Positions 1 to 9,362 of a stretch of 31,348 nucleotides of DNA are shown here, piece after piece; within the stretch, counting starts at the first letter, position 1; each line of letters begins with the position of its first letter. Source of the DNA: a virus (lineage: Duplodnaviria; Caudoviricetes); IMG/VR virus record IMGVR_UViG_3300038520_000874, positions 1 through 31,348 of that record; one strand, 5' to 3'. The notes beneath the pieces are model-generated. The model worked only from the letters and a program-made list of their open reading frames with translations, was not told the origin of the DNA and did not search any database. The position numbers were made by a program, and so were the translations under genes.

Positions 1-533
1 TCTTCGTCATATTTTAAAGCATCTACAAAGTGTCCTTCAATAGAAAAACCTTTTACTTTACCTGTTTTGACATAAGTATCCCAAATTTCATCATTATTAA
101 CTTTCATAGTAACCATCCAAGTACCTTTTGGTAAATCAAAACCGTATTTTTTTGATTTGTCCATTTTAGGATCTTCTATAATCCAAGATTCTACAACAGA
201 CAAACCGTTTAGGTTTATTTTATGCTCTAATGTGCTATTATTTTGTTTACCTTTTGTCAAAAAAAGCTCTGCTGCTTTTTTGACGGTATTTTCGCTGAAG
301 TATATAAAATATTCTTGCTCTTCAAACTTTCTATATATTTTTTTGTTTGGTATTAAGGCTGGACCCATTAATATTTTCTTTTCTTCATCTACTTGTGCTA
401 ATTTTACATCTTGTGAAGCAAGAGCAATAAATTCTTCTTCTATTGCAGGATCATCTACTATTGAAATAGCTTGTATTCCAGAGATTTCATTCTCTTCATC
501 TAAAACAAGCTCTATAACTTTAAAATCTTTCAT
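1..533 (-). CDS. XkdF-like prohead protease, divergent second copy, truncated at window start
   Basis: Not in the ORF track. Manual translation from ATG 533: MKDFKVIELVLDEENEISGIQAISIVDDPAIEEEFIAL...STLEH...VESWII...GTWMVTMKVNNDEIW...KGFSIEGHF. Colinear with the N-terminus of 29722..31275. Confidence 0.85.
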   Translation of the reverse strand, partial: MKDFKVIELVLDEENEISGIQAISIVDDPAIEEEFIALASQDVKLAQVDEEKKILMGPALIPNKKIYRKFEEQEYFIYFSENTVKKAAELFLTKGKQNNSTLEHKINLNGLSVVESWIIEDPKMDKSKKYGFDLPKGTWMVTMKVNNDEIWDTYVKTGKVKGFSIEGHFVDALKYDE

Positions 534-564
534 AATAAGTAAATCTTTTTTATATGTATTTGTT

Positions 565-2310
565 TTAATTAATTTTAGAACTATTTATAATATTTCTATC
601 TAAAGCTAGCCCTGTTCTTACATCACCACTTACAACAAAAGCTCTTATAGGTTCACCTGTCCTCTGTGCAATAACTTGTGCTAGCTGGAACTGCTGACCT
701 GTACCTACTATGTTAAATGCAGGGGGTGTAGCAGCAGCAGTTGGTGTAGATACAGTTGGTGCGCCTCTTCCCCCACCTTGTGCAAAACTTGGCGATGCAG
801 GGTCTTGTGTTGATGTAATTGCCTTGACGTTAGCAAGTCCACCTGCTACAACAGCAGCAGCACCTATAAACCCAAATAAACCACCTTGAGCAAGAGCTTT
901 GTTTGCCCCTGCATAAGTATCTCTAATCGCTTGTACAATCGCAATAGCTTTACCAAACTTAGAGTTCTGCCCTACAATACCTGCTATATTACCAAGTGCA
1001 TTTGTAATCTCTTGTTGTTTAGCTACTGCAAGGTTTTTTTCTATTTCCTTTTGTTGATTAGCATTTTCAGATTGAAACACTAAAAGCTCATTTTGGGCAT
1101 CTTGAAATGCTTGTGTACCTTGCTCATATGCATCTCGCTTTTCAGTTAATCTCTGAACCTCAATTTGTCTTTCTTGTTCGGCTACGTTTTTTAGGGCTTG
1201 TAATCGCACATATTCATTCTCTATTTGCTCTGCTGTAAATTTAGCTTCGTTTATTGCTCTTTCGCTTTCTGCATCTGTTATGGATTGCTCAAGCTCTAAC
1301 TTCTCACGATTGAGTGCAAGATCGTTTGCAAGTTGCTCACTTCTAAACCCTGCTATCTGTGCTAATACTGCTTCCTTTTCTTGTTGTGCTTCTAATAAAG
1401 CAATAGTATTTTCTTGATTTTGGTTTTTGCTAAACTCTGCTTGAGCAGCAGCGACCAATGCATCTACATTTGCTAACATCGCTTCTTCTTGCTCGTCAAG
1501 AGTTTCTTTTAGTTTGTTGTTTGCTTCTATGCGCTCATCAATAGTATTTCGCTCTTCATCTCGTATTTGTCTAAGTTTTTCTGCTTGTAAATCAAACGAT
1601 TCTATAACCCCTTGTTGCTTTACTCGGGCTATCTCTGCTTCTTTACCAAGTTCTACATTTGCTTGAGCTGCCTTGACAGTTTCTTTTACATAATTAGATG
1701 TAGCTGTTGCAACCTTAGTAACACCATCACTAACTTTGTCAACTGTACCATCTACACCTGTAAGCACATCTACAAATTCTTTAGCTGCATTTTTTGCTTC
1801 TTGTGCTGCACCTGAAAAATCTCCTCTAAAAAATTTAGCAACAGCCCTACCTGCAAAACCTAAAGTATCAAGTAGAGAATTAAAACGCTCAATAATGTTA
1901 TTTTTAATTGTACTGCCTAAATTCTTTATTGTTTGTATAGGATCGCTAAATACACTTTTGAAGAACCCTGTAACAGCACCTAAGTTATTTACTAAGAAAT
2001 TTACAAAGTCATTAAAAGCGATTGATAACACCTCAAACGTAGTGTTAAAGAAGTCAGCTACCTTTTGGTTTTTATTTAATATTTCTGTGAATTTAGCAAA
2101 GGCAGCAATAGCAAGACCAATACCTGCTGCTTTTAGAGCATTACCTATGCCCTTTACACCTGCCGAAACACCTTTGGTAGCATCCCCTACATCTTTAAAA
2201 CCATCTTCTGTTGACTTAGTTAGATTTTGGATTTCGCCTTTTACGTCCTTGATCTCTTTTATCGCCTTGTCGGTTTTAGCTTCTAACTCTACTTGGATTT
2301 TTTTAGCCAT
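565..2310 (-). CDS. Tape measure-like tail protein (581 aa)
   Basis: Long Ala/Glu/Gln-rich helical and coiled-coil protein with Gly/Ala hydrophobic segments, in the tail module. The last ~45 codons may come from another phage. Confidence 0.7.
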   Translation of the reverse strand: MAKKIQVELEAKTDKAIKEIKDVKGEIQNLTKSTEDGFKDVGDATKGVSAGVKGIGNALKAAGIGLAIAAFAKFTEILNKNQKVADFFNTTFEVLSIAFNDFVNFLVNNLGAVTGFFKSVFSDPIQTIKNLGSTIKNNIIERFNSLLDTLGFAGRAVAKFFRGDFSGAAQEAKNAAKEFVDVLTGVDGTVDKVSDGVTKVATATSNYVKETVKAAQANVELGKEAEIARVKQQGVIESFDLQAEKLRQIRDEERNTIDERIEANNKLKETLDEQEEAMLANVDALVAAAQAEFSKNQNQENTIALLEAQQEKEAVLAQIAGFRSEQLANDLALNREKLELEQSITDAESERAINEAKFTAEQIENEYVRLQALKNVAEQERQIEVQRLTEKRDAYEQGTQAFQDAQNELLVFQSENANQQKEIEKNLAVAKQQEITNALGNIAGIVGQNSKFGKAIAIVQAIRDTYAGANKALAQGGLFGFIGAAAVVAGGLANVKAITSTQDPASPSFAQGGGRGAPTVSTPTAAATPPAFNIVGTGQQFQLAQVIAQRTGEPIRAFVVSGDVRTGLALDRNIINSSKIN

Positions 2311-2441
2311 TCCATATCGTTTTTAAATTGATTAAATGCCTGTCTAAAGTTCTTAGGCAGGTAGTTCTGTCCTTTAGCTATTCGGATGTTTTCCGAGCCA
2401 TCTTTTACATAGGGTAGTAACTCTAAGATATTCTGTATCAT
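2289..2441 (-). CDS. Small hypothetical protein (50 aa, MIQNILELLPYVKDGSENIRIAKG...)
   Basis: ATGA overlap with the upstream stop; fills the gap before the tape measure gene. Confidence 0.7.
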   Translation of the reverse strand: MIQNILELLPYVKDGSENIRIAKGQNYLPKNFRQAFNQFKNDMEWLKKSK

Positions 2442-4708
2442 AATTCGTTTAATAGTTCTATGTTTGATTCGCCTGTTGCTAAATTCGTGTCTATGCTGTT
2501 GATTTTATACCTTTTGCCATTGATGTCAAATCTATCAGCAAGTGTTAAGTTTAAAAGGATTCTAAGGGGTAGATATGCTTTTACTTTAGTTAAACGATTA
2601 CTATTTTTAAATATGTTTGTGATGTAAGTCTTGTAATAGTTTTCAAATAAAGTTCCTGTAAATGAAGCATCAAGAGTGTACTCGTTTAGCTCGTTGTTAA
2701 AGTTTATATTTGCAGTAGATGTGCCTGATGCAAAAGCAACACTATTTGATGGCATGGATATAGCAACTGAAATTTCTTTGTGATCGTCATAACTACCTGT
2801 TGAGCTTACATTGTCTATAAAACTTATACTCTGTGTTGGGTTTTCGTGTACAGGATAAAATAGTAATGGCTTACCAATATAGCTTTCTTGGTTGTCATCA
2901 GCAGACCAACCCCATTGAATATCTGTTTGGCTGTCGTTGTTTAAATTTACAAGCCTTTCAAACTGAAAATGACTAAAAGGCGCAACAACATTATACTCAG
3001 AACCATCTATAGTTTCATTTGCGCCTGTGAGCAATGATATAATGTTAGTTGCTTCTGCTTTACCCCATTCCCTGTTTTGAAGTTGATTAAACGATGCAGC
3101 AAAAAACGAGTCAGTATCTTCAAAGCCAAACGATACCTCTTTGTAAGGCAAAGCTACATTAACCTGAGTTAAATCTACATCGACAAATTGACTTATATCG
3201 TATGCTGTGCTTGTTGATTTTTTATTTGTGTAAAAGTTATCTAAGGTGTCAACGTATATAGTCCCGCTATCCTCAACAAAAGTAGTGAGGTTGAACATCT
3301 TAAATATACCTGTCAAAAAGTCAATTACTTTCATCTCAGGTATTTGTTCTGTTATTGCAAACTCAAAAACTGCTGTTGTAGTAAAAGTTCCTGTTTGGAA
3401 TCTATCTACATCGCTATCACTTGGCGTTGTGTAATCTATTGACCACTCTATTTGACTAAAAGTAGTACCTGACTGATATGTTAACACAGCATAAAACTCA
3501 TCGTCATCATTTACAGTTGTAATACCATCAATGTTAATTGATATGCTTGTACCTGTTTGATTTGTGATTGTGTGTATTGAGCTACCATTTTTAAATAAAG
3601 TCAAGTCAAAGGGAGTGGTATCAGATCGAGTAAGGGTCAATCTAAAATCGTCAATAAAATTGTCGTTTGTAATTTTTATGGTAGAGGAGTTTATCATGTC
3701 TGCAGTTTCGCCTGTTGCTGTTGACCAACCATCAATCACTTTTGTAAAACTCGCAACTTGCCCACCACTTGTAACAACACCCTTTTTTCTGTGCAGCCAC
3801 ATATATAGATTAAAAAAAGCAGTATTTGTTTGAGTAAAGAAATCGGTCGAGAAAGTTATGCCATACTCAGTCTGTATTGCTTCTATAATTTTTTGTAGTC
3901 TAATAGCGTATTTTAATTCGTTCCAAGCAACTCCATGATGATATGTAACATCTGTTCCTGCTTGATAAAACAAATTTCCATCGCCTTGTATGTTTACACC
4001 ACTATCGTATGTAAGTCTTTTTGTGTGTGTTATGAGTGGCACTAAAACGTGATTTGATATCTCATAGGTTTGACCACCTGTAAATATCTGCTCATTTAGA
4101 ACAACTGTGTTTGATGTAGGAAAATTTACTATAAAAGTGGTTTCATTTGTTGTGGTGTTTACAACTAAATCCCCCGCACTAACAGTACCAAAGCCACTTG
4201 AGTCTATGATAGATGAGCTACTGATTGAATCAACTGTGCCTGTTTGATAAGTTGACGAATTACGTTTTAAACCTCTTTCAATATCAGTAGCCCCAAAGTT
4301 TTCGCTGTAAGTATTTAGTGCTGTAAGTTGGTTAAGTTTATCATCCCCTAACAAATCTTTAAGTGTTACAGTATTACCAAAGAATGTAATCCGATAAGAC
4401 TTTGGACTACGATTCTGTAAGTCAACACCCTCTAACTTTATCTTGCCCTTTTTAAATGGTAAATGGTTAAGTTCAAGTGTAGCATCTTTTTTGGTTCTTG
4501 CATCAAAGCCATTTGTGATATCAATGTTATAGTAATGCTTAAATATCTTGTTGTTTGCTTTTGATGCAGGTAGTGTAAAAGTTTTAGTAAACTCTGTGAA
4601 TACCTTAGCGATATCCTTGACGTTTTGAATAGACTGAGTTATAGATACGCTTTCATCCTTAAACATATCCACTCTTTGATTCTCTATATATAGCTGTATG
4701 CTCTGCAC
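2438..4708 (-). CDS. Large tail / tail-tip structural protein (756 aa)
   Basis: Beta-rich, Thr/Ser-rich protein translationally coupled within the tail module. Confidence 0.65.
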   Translation of the reverse strand: MQSIQLYIENQRVDMFKDESVSITQSIQNVKDIAKVFTEFTKTFTLPASKANNKIFKHYYNIDITNGFDARTKKDATLELNHLPFKKGKIKLEGVDLQNRSPKSYRITFFGNTVTLKDLLGDDKLNQLTALNTYSENFGATDIERGLKRNSSTYQTGTVDSISSSSIIDSSGFGTVSAGDLVVNTTTNETTFIVNFPTSNTVVLNEQIFTGGQTYEISNHVLVPLITHTKRLTYDSGVNIQGDGNLFYQAGTDVTYHHGVAWNELKYAIRLQKIIEAIQTEYGITFSTDFFTQTNTAFFNLYMWLHRKKGVVTSGGQVASFTKVIDGWSTATGETADMINSSTIKITNDNFIDDFRLTLTRSDTTPFDLTLFKNGSSIHTITNQTGTSISINIDGITTVNDDDEFYAVLTYQSGTTFSQIEWSIDYTTPSDSDVDRFQTGTFTTTAVFEFAITEQIPEMKVIDFLTGIFKMFNLTTFVEDSGTIYVDTLDNFYTNKKSTSTAYDISQFVDVDLTQVNVALPYKEVSFGFEDTDSFFAASFNQLQNREWGKAEATNIISLLTGANETIDGSEYNVVAPFSHFQFERLVNLNNDSQTDIQWGWSADDNQESYIGKPLLFYPVHENPTQSISFIDNVSSTGSYDDHKEISVAISMPSNSVAFASGTSTANINFNNELNEYTLDASFTGTLFENYYKTYITNIFKNSNRLTKVKAYLPLRILLNLTLADRFDINGKRYKINSIDTNLATGESNIELLNEL

Positions 4709-5862
4709 TATCTAATGTTATTTATCTTGTCAAAAGCGTGTTCAAATTCTACTGTGTAGTTTGCAAGTTTATCGTTTACACTTGTCTTGTATGTGATTGA
4801 CTTAGTTAATGGGATAACAGGAATTACTTTCTCTTCTGTTTCTGTAATCTCTGTGTACCACACCTGCTCACTTATCAATAGTTCCTCTAAAACAGCGTTA
4901 TGATCGTCATTAACGTATCCTGTATTCATTGTGATTCTATCCTTGCCTTGTGCTAAGAACGCCTGTTGCTGATGCTTATACGTTTTGTAGGTAAGTGTAG
5001 ATTGGTCAAATATAGATGCCTTAAACTGCTCAGATGTTACGTTGGTGGATTCTACTGACTTCTTAAAAAACCACAAGTCCTGTAAAGCACCAAACTTATT
5101 TACGAATGTAACTTTGTAAGGTTCGTATTTACATTCCTCTGTGCTTAATATTTTAACCACCTCTGTGCTACTGTCTGTTGCTATGTAAACCTCATCTACA
5201 AGTCCTATATCTAATTGGTTAAGGAAGTCCGTTAAACAGCTTGATGTTTCAAGTGTACCCCCATCAGCTAAAACTCGTTCCTCATAAGTGTCAGTATTGT
5301 CAGAGCCACTTACTGTAACGTAGTCTATCTGTGCGTTTGTGTTTGTAGAGCTACTTATTGCAATAGTTCGTTTCTCAACACCTTGATAGAAAAATGATAC
5401 GCTATTAGTGTCCTCTGTGAATACAGGGATTCTTACGTTGCTATCGTTTAGTCTGAATATAGTGTTGTTTGATAATAGCAACCCTCTTGATAACTCAGGA
5501 TTTGTACCCTCGTGAAAGTATCCATAACCATCAAATGCTATGTAGTCTGTATTGCTCGTGCCTACACTTGAACCCCCACCATCAACAGCATCATACATAG
5601 TTATATCAGATTCTACCCATACTGTTTGGCTGTCGTACTCGCCATCAAACTCTATATCAAGATAATCTCTTACAAGTTCGCTAATCTCAAACACTACATA
5701 ATTATTTGAGTCTATTTCGTTTTTCGTTATGGTGTATTTTGCTGAACCTTTGTCAGTTGAAAATATACCTGTATAGATATATAACTGCATTGTAGCAGAA
5801 GCTAAACTGCTATTGTTTGCTTTTATGTAAAAGGGGCTTCTTACGTTTATCTTTGTTGCCAT
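4708..5862 (-). CDS. Tail structural protein (384 aa), possibly distal-tail-like
   Basis: Beta-rich; stop/start overlaps with both neighbours. Confidence 0.6.
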   Translation of the reverse strand: MATKINVRSPFYIKANNSSLASATMQLYIYTGIFSTDKGSAKYTITKNEIDSNNYVVFEISELVRDYLDIEFDGEYDSQTVWVESDITMYDAVDGGGSSVGTSNTDYIAFDGYGYFHEGTNPELSRGLLLSNNTIFRLNDSNVRIPVFTEDTNSVSFFYQGVEKRTIAISSSTNTNAQIDYVTVSGSDNTDTYEERVLADGGTLETSSCLTDFLNQLDIGLVDEVYIATDSSTEVVKILSTEECKYEPYKVTFVNKFGALQDLWFFKKSVESTNVTSEQFKASIFDQSTLTYKTYKHQQQAFLAQGKDRITMNTGYVNDDHNAVLEELLISEQVWYTEITETEEKVIPVIPLTKSITYKTSVNDKLANYTVEFEHAFDKINNIR

Positions 5863-6368
5863 TATATTAAGTTTTCTAAGTCGATAGCAAATTGTTCTTG
5901 TAATTCTTTGGGTAGGTTTTTAAATGCTTTCTCAAAGGGCTTAGTGAAAAACATAGATGGCTTGATACCATAGTTCTTTACAATCGTAGCAAGTGCAAAT
6001 CCTGTTTGTTTATAGCTTAGGAATCTACCTTTTTTATCCCTAAACTGTATGCGCTTTGCAGAAGCCCACTTACTAAACGTACCTGTCTTACTTTCTAATC
6101 CAATAAGATTAGAGGATTGTTTGTAGCTAAAGTTACTTAAAGACTTACCACCCTTGACACCTCTAACACCTCTGTCCTGAAACATACCATAATCTTCCAT
6201 CTCAAAGTAAAGTCTGAAACCTTGACTTACTTCCTCAATAGTGTAGCCAATAGAATCGTACAGCTCTTTAGATATATTCTTTTTGCCTTTAGTAAGGTTT
6301 GTTCGTGATTGTTGCACTACATATTTACCAAACGCCCTAAGAGCTTTCTGTGTTTCTTTTAACTGCAT
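5862..6368 (-). CDS. Neck / tail-completion protein (HK97 gp10 / Mu gpG-like)
   Basis: Basic 168 aa protein with ELYDSI...YGMFQDRG...GIKPSMFFTKPF, the pattern typical of tail completion proteins. Confidence 0.55.
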   Translation of the reverse strand: MQLKETQKALRAFGKYVVQQSRTNLTKGKKNISKELYDSIGYTIEEVSQGFRLYFEMEDYGMFQDRGVRGVKGGKSLSNFSYKQSSNLIGLESKTGTFSKWASAKRIQFRDKKGRFLSYKQTGFALATIVKNYGIKPSMFFTKPFEKAFKNLPKELQEQFAIDLENLI

Positions 6369-6832
6369 ATATTAATATCGTTTTGAATTAACACATCAAA
6401 CGTACAAGCAAACCCTGCTACTTGATTCTCAAACCTATCGTAAAAAGGTTCACAACTTGGATCGCCATCTAATTGATATTTGGTTGTGTATAATGCACCA
6501 CCTCTAAGTACACCTATCAGTTTGTTGATTACAGCAAGTTGAGTGTTGAGTACATCGTGTTCGTTATTGTTACCTCTAAAGATGTCTGTTGTTTCGTCTT
6601 TGCTTTGATCAACGATATCCATAGCAAGGATAGACATACTAAAGCGTAATACTTGCTCTTCTATTGTTACGTTGTTTACAATGATATGGCATAAAGGAAA
6701 GATGGTCTGTTTAGACAGGTCAATATCTGTTATATCGCCTGTGGTAACTGTGTTGACGTTTACATCATTTAACAGTTGGTCTTTTATTGTTTCTGTAATT
6801 TGGTAAAAACCTCTTACACCTTGATTAGCCAT
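6359..6832 (-). CDS. Putative tail terminator protein
   Basis: 157 aa acidic alpha/beta protein (FPLCHI motif) adjacent to the neck gene. Confidence 0.5.
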   Translation of the reverse strand: MANQGVRGFYQITETIKDQLLNDVNVNTVTTGDITDIDLSKQTIFPLCHIIVNNVTIEEQVLRFSMSILAMDIVDQSKDETTDIFRGNNNEHDVLNTQLAVINKLIGVLRGGALYTTKYQLDGDPSCEPFYDRFENQVAGFACTFDVLIQNDINICS

Positions 6833-7086
6833 TGAATTTACTTTTTATTTTTCTTGCTTCTAACTCTGCTTTGTCTTTCATAAAACTTAGGGCATATAAA
6901 CATTGATGAGCATTTAGTTTAGTGATATCTTCAAATCGTCCAATATCCCCCTGAGCGAGTGCGTAAAGTGATTGATACCACCCCCATTTTCGTCCGAAAT
7001 TAGATGCAGAGCTAAGTTCATCTCCTCGTTCCCCAAATAGTTCAGCATAGCTTTCGATAAGTCCATCCCTAAATTGTAAAAAAAAA
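6825..7086 (-). CDS. -1 frameshift extension (gpGT-like fusion, ~245 aa in total)
   Basis: The -1 frame is open from the T9 run to TAA at 6825-6827: LQFRDGLIESYAELF...FGRKWGWYQSLYALAQGDIGRFEDITKL...KSKFNG*. It has no early ATG and its stop overlaps the next gene's start. Confidence 0.75.
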
Positions 7087-7561
7087 CAATAGAACCTAAC
7101 ACTGCACTCATGGGCATATCTTTCATCTTCTCTGCGTTATCTACACTATAATCCTCTACGTTGTACTTATCGCCATACTGATTCGTAATTGGTCTGTATA
7201 GAACATTCATAGCCCTGTGCATATTATCCCAATCGCCTATAAACGTATCTAAGTCTATGTATTCGCCAAAGCTCATATCATCTAACTTAGGTATGAACCC
7301 ATACTGCGTACCTTTCATCTTAAAGATAGTTTGCAATTTAGGTGTATTGTTTAGCATCTCAGTTAATATCTGCACTATGCTGTTAATGTCAGTAGCTCTC
7401 ATCAGCAGGACATGATCTCCACGAATCCCACAAAAGATTTCTATCATCTTAACAGCTAAAAACTTCTCGTCCTCGTTTTTGTCTTGTATCTTTAGATATC
7501 TCTGATATTGGTCTAAGGTTATCTCATTAAGTGATTCAGGGATTTCTATATCTACTTTCAT
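6914..7561 (-). CDS. Putative tail assembly chaperone, 0-frame product (gpG-like, 215 aa)
   Basis: Contains the slippery sequence GTT TTT TTT TAC (A9 at 7078-7086 on +), followed by an open -1 frame. Confidence 0.6.
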   Translation of the reverse strand: MKVDIEIPESLNEITLDQYQRYLKIQDKNEDEKFLAVKMIEIFCGIRGDHVLLMRATDINSIVQILTEMLNNTPKLQTIFKMKGTQYGFIPKLDDMSFGEYIDLDTFIGDWDNMHRAMNVLYRPITNQYGDKYNVEDYSVDNAEKMKDMPMSAVLGSIVFFYNLGMDLSKAMLNYLGNEEMNLALHLISDENGGGINHFTHSLRGILDDLKISLN

Positions 7562-7564
7562 AAT

Positions 7565-7593
7565 TATATATCGTAAAAAAAAATGATTTTAGG
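7565..7593 (-). promoter_or_regulatory. Phage late promoter (CCTAAAA-N12-ACGATATATA), 3 nt before ATG 7561
   Basis: One of five copies with identical 12-nt spacing. Confidence 0.75.
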
Positions 7594-7597
7594 ACAT

Positions 7598-7622
7598 AAA
7601 AAAACCCCCTATAAAGGGGGTT
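7598..7622 (-). terminator. Rho-independent terminator
   Basis: AACCCCCT-TTAT-AGGGGGTT hairpin followed by a U-run on the minus strand. Confidence 0.8.
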
Positions 7623-7643
7623 ATATTTAACTTAAAGTTTTTT

Positions 7644-7769
7644 TTACATATTAAACTGTACGTTTTCTAAAAGAGTTTTTAAATCTCTTATCTCTAATTC
7701 GTTAAGATATTCTATGTTCCAAGAGTTGTCTATATTTTTGATTTCGTTGATGTAGTTAAACTTTGTCAT
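7644..7769 (-). CDS. Small moron-like protein (41 aa, MTKFNYINEIKNIDNSW...)
   Basis: AT-rich ORF with its own host-type promoter and a downstream terminator. Confidence 0.6.
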   Translation of the reverse strand: MTKFNYINEIKNIDNSWNIEYLNELEIRDLKTLLENVQFNM

Positions 7770-7796
7770 TTGTGTTTAGTTTTAATTATTATGATA

Positions 7797-7827
7797 CAAA
7801 TATACACCTTTTTTTGTTATGCACAAA
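7797..7827 (-). promoter_or_regulatory. Bacteroidota housekeeping-type promoter
   Basis: TATATTTG (-7 element, TAnnTTTG) at 7797-7804, with TTTG about 19 nt upstream. Confidence 0.7.
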
Positions 7828-7853
7828 TTTTAATAACTTTTTTTTAATTTTTT

Positions 7854-9065
7854 TTACCTAATTGCATATTTACCTCTGTTGGGGTTCTGTAATTGATAGC
7901 CCACAGCATAGCGGATTGCGTCAATTAAATGGCAATAAGCATCAACAGGCGTGTTTGATTTGCGCTCTAACCATCTGTAATTATTTAGTTCTTTAATTAA
8001 GTTTGTACTATCAGGGCTTACCACAAGGTCGTAGTCTTGCAATAGAGAGATGCCATAGGTTACACTACCCTGTCCTTTAATTGATGGCTTTACACTACAC
8101 CCTTTTGCTTTGAGTTCGTGTATAAGTCTTGGCTCTGCGCTATCGCCTACGATAAGCCCATCCTTAGCGTGTTTAAGGTTGAGTTGTGCGATCTGTGAGG
8201 TTGTGAGTCGAGGTAGGTAAAAACATTCCCTAAGATAGATTATTTTGTTATCTGTGTCTATGTTTGTTTCTACAAGTGTTGAGGGGTCTGCTGCAAAACC
8301 ATAGTCTTGCCCCCATACGCTAACGCCTTTCTTTTTAAACTCGCCAATAGTCCAATTATTAAATATCACACCCTCAGCTTTACTCATCCACGAGCCAAGC
8401 ATCTGTTGTTTGTACTTCTCAGGTCTACGCTGTTTCATTTGTTCTATCTGCTCTATGTAGCTTTCAGATAGATTGTCTAAGTTATCTAAGTATGTGGTGT
8501 GTATGTAGGTGGTGTTGTCCTTTTGCGTATTGCTACCTTCCTGTACTCCTTTATCCTCAAAGAATCGTGTATATACAAAATGCTCTTTTGTTGTAGGGTT
8601 GAGTATCAGGATAACTCTGTTCTGTTTGCCTTGCTGTCTTACTGATAAGTCTATGGTGTCAAACTTCTGTTCATCTGTTAGTTCCTCTGCTTCATCTACT
8701 ACCCAAGTTGTAATACCTGTAAGTGATTTAAGGTTTGCTGTCTGATCGCCTGAGCTTGTCTTAATACCCCTAAAGATAATATTGCTATTTGAGTGTTTGT
8801 TTATTATCTCATCTTTAGTAACATGGAAATCCCCTATACAATCCATCAGCTCTAACTTCTCTATAAACTCAGGAATGATTGAGATACGAGCAGATGTTAA
8901 AGTGTATCGTGTAAATAGGATTGTATGCCCTTGCTCATAAGTAAGCAAAACAAGCAAAGCATTTATTGAGAAAGACTTACCTGAACCCCTACCACCTGTA
9001 ACTACAAAGTATCTACTTTCGTTTGTAGATATTGGTAGGTATTTCTTATGTATGTTAATCGACAA
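7854..9065 (-). CDS. terL: Terminase large subunit (PBSX-type)
   Basis: Walker A GGRGSGKS, Walker B WVVDEAEE, coupling motif LNP, and nuclease motifs GQDYGF and HLIDAIRY. Confidence 0.95.
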   Translation of the reverse strand: MSINIHKKYLPISTNESRYFVVTGGRGSGKSFSINALLVLLTYEQGHTILFTRYTLTSARISIIPEFIEKLELMDCIGDFHVTKDEIINKHSNSNIIFRGIKTSSGDQTANLKSLTGITTWVVDEAEELTDEQKFDTIDLSVRQQGKQNRVILILNPTTKEHFVYTRFFEDKGVQEGSNTQKDNTTYIHTTYLDNLDNLSESYIEQIEQMKQRRPEKYKQQMLGSWMSKAEGVIFNNWTIGEFKKKGVSVWGQDYGFAADPSTLVETNIDTDNKIIYLRECFYLPRLTTSQIAQLNLKHAKDGLIVGDSAEPRLIHELKAKGCSVKPSIKGQGSVTYGISLLQDYDLVVSPDSTNLIKELNNYRWLERKSNTPVDAYCHLIDAIRYAVGYQLQNPNRGKYAIR

Positions 9066-9309
9066 ACTTAATTAAGTCCTTAAAGTTTATATTCAGCCCC
9101 TCAGATGAGTTAATATCCATACTCTCTTTTGGTTTACCATAACGATAGCTTAGGTATAGTTGAATCGCTCTCATATCGCCTTTTGCTACGAGTTCGCCTA
9201 ACTTAGAAAGAGCTGTATCGCTGTCTATGATCGCATCTAAGCGTTCTACTAATTTAGCTTCGTCTGCTTTGGGCTTTCTACCTGCCCCTTGTCTTGCACC
9301 TCCATGCAT
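9055..9309 (-). CDS. Putative terminase small subunit
   Basis: HGGARQGAGRK N-terminus; helical; directly upstream of and overlapping terL. Confidence 0.65.
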   Translation of the reverse strand: MHGGARQGAGRKPKADEAKLVERLDAIIDSDTALSKLGELVAKGDMRAIQLYLSYRYGKPKESMDINSSEGLNINFKDLIKFVD

Positions 9310-9333
9310 CTTGAAAAAAGTTGATTATTCAAG

Positions 9334-9362
9334 TATATATCGTAATTATTTAGGATTTTGTG
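9334..9362 (-). promoter_or_regulatory. Phage late promoter (ACAAAA-N12-ACGATATATA) for the terminase operon
   Basis: Same motif and spacing as the other copies, but 24 nt upstream of the ATG. Confidence 0.75.

Noticed and set aside
157-603. Plus-strand 148-aa ORF
   Set aside because: Antisense shadow of the minus-strand protease gene at 1..533.
2314-2320. Partial late-promoter motif (ACGATAT) upstream of the tape measure gene
   Set aside because: Lacks the full TATATA and the CAAAA box at 12-nt spacing, and lies within a coding ORF.
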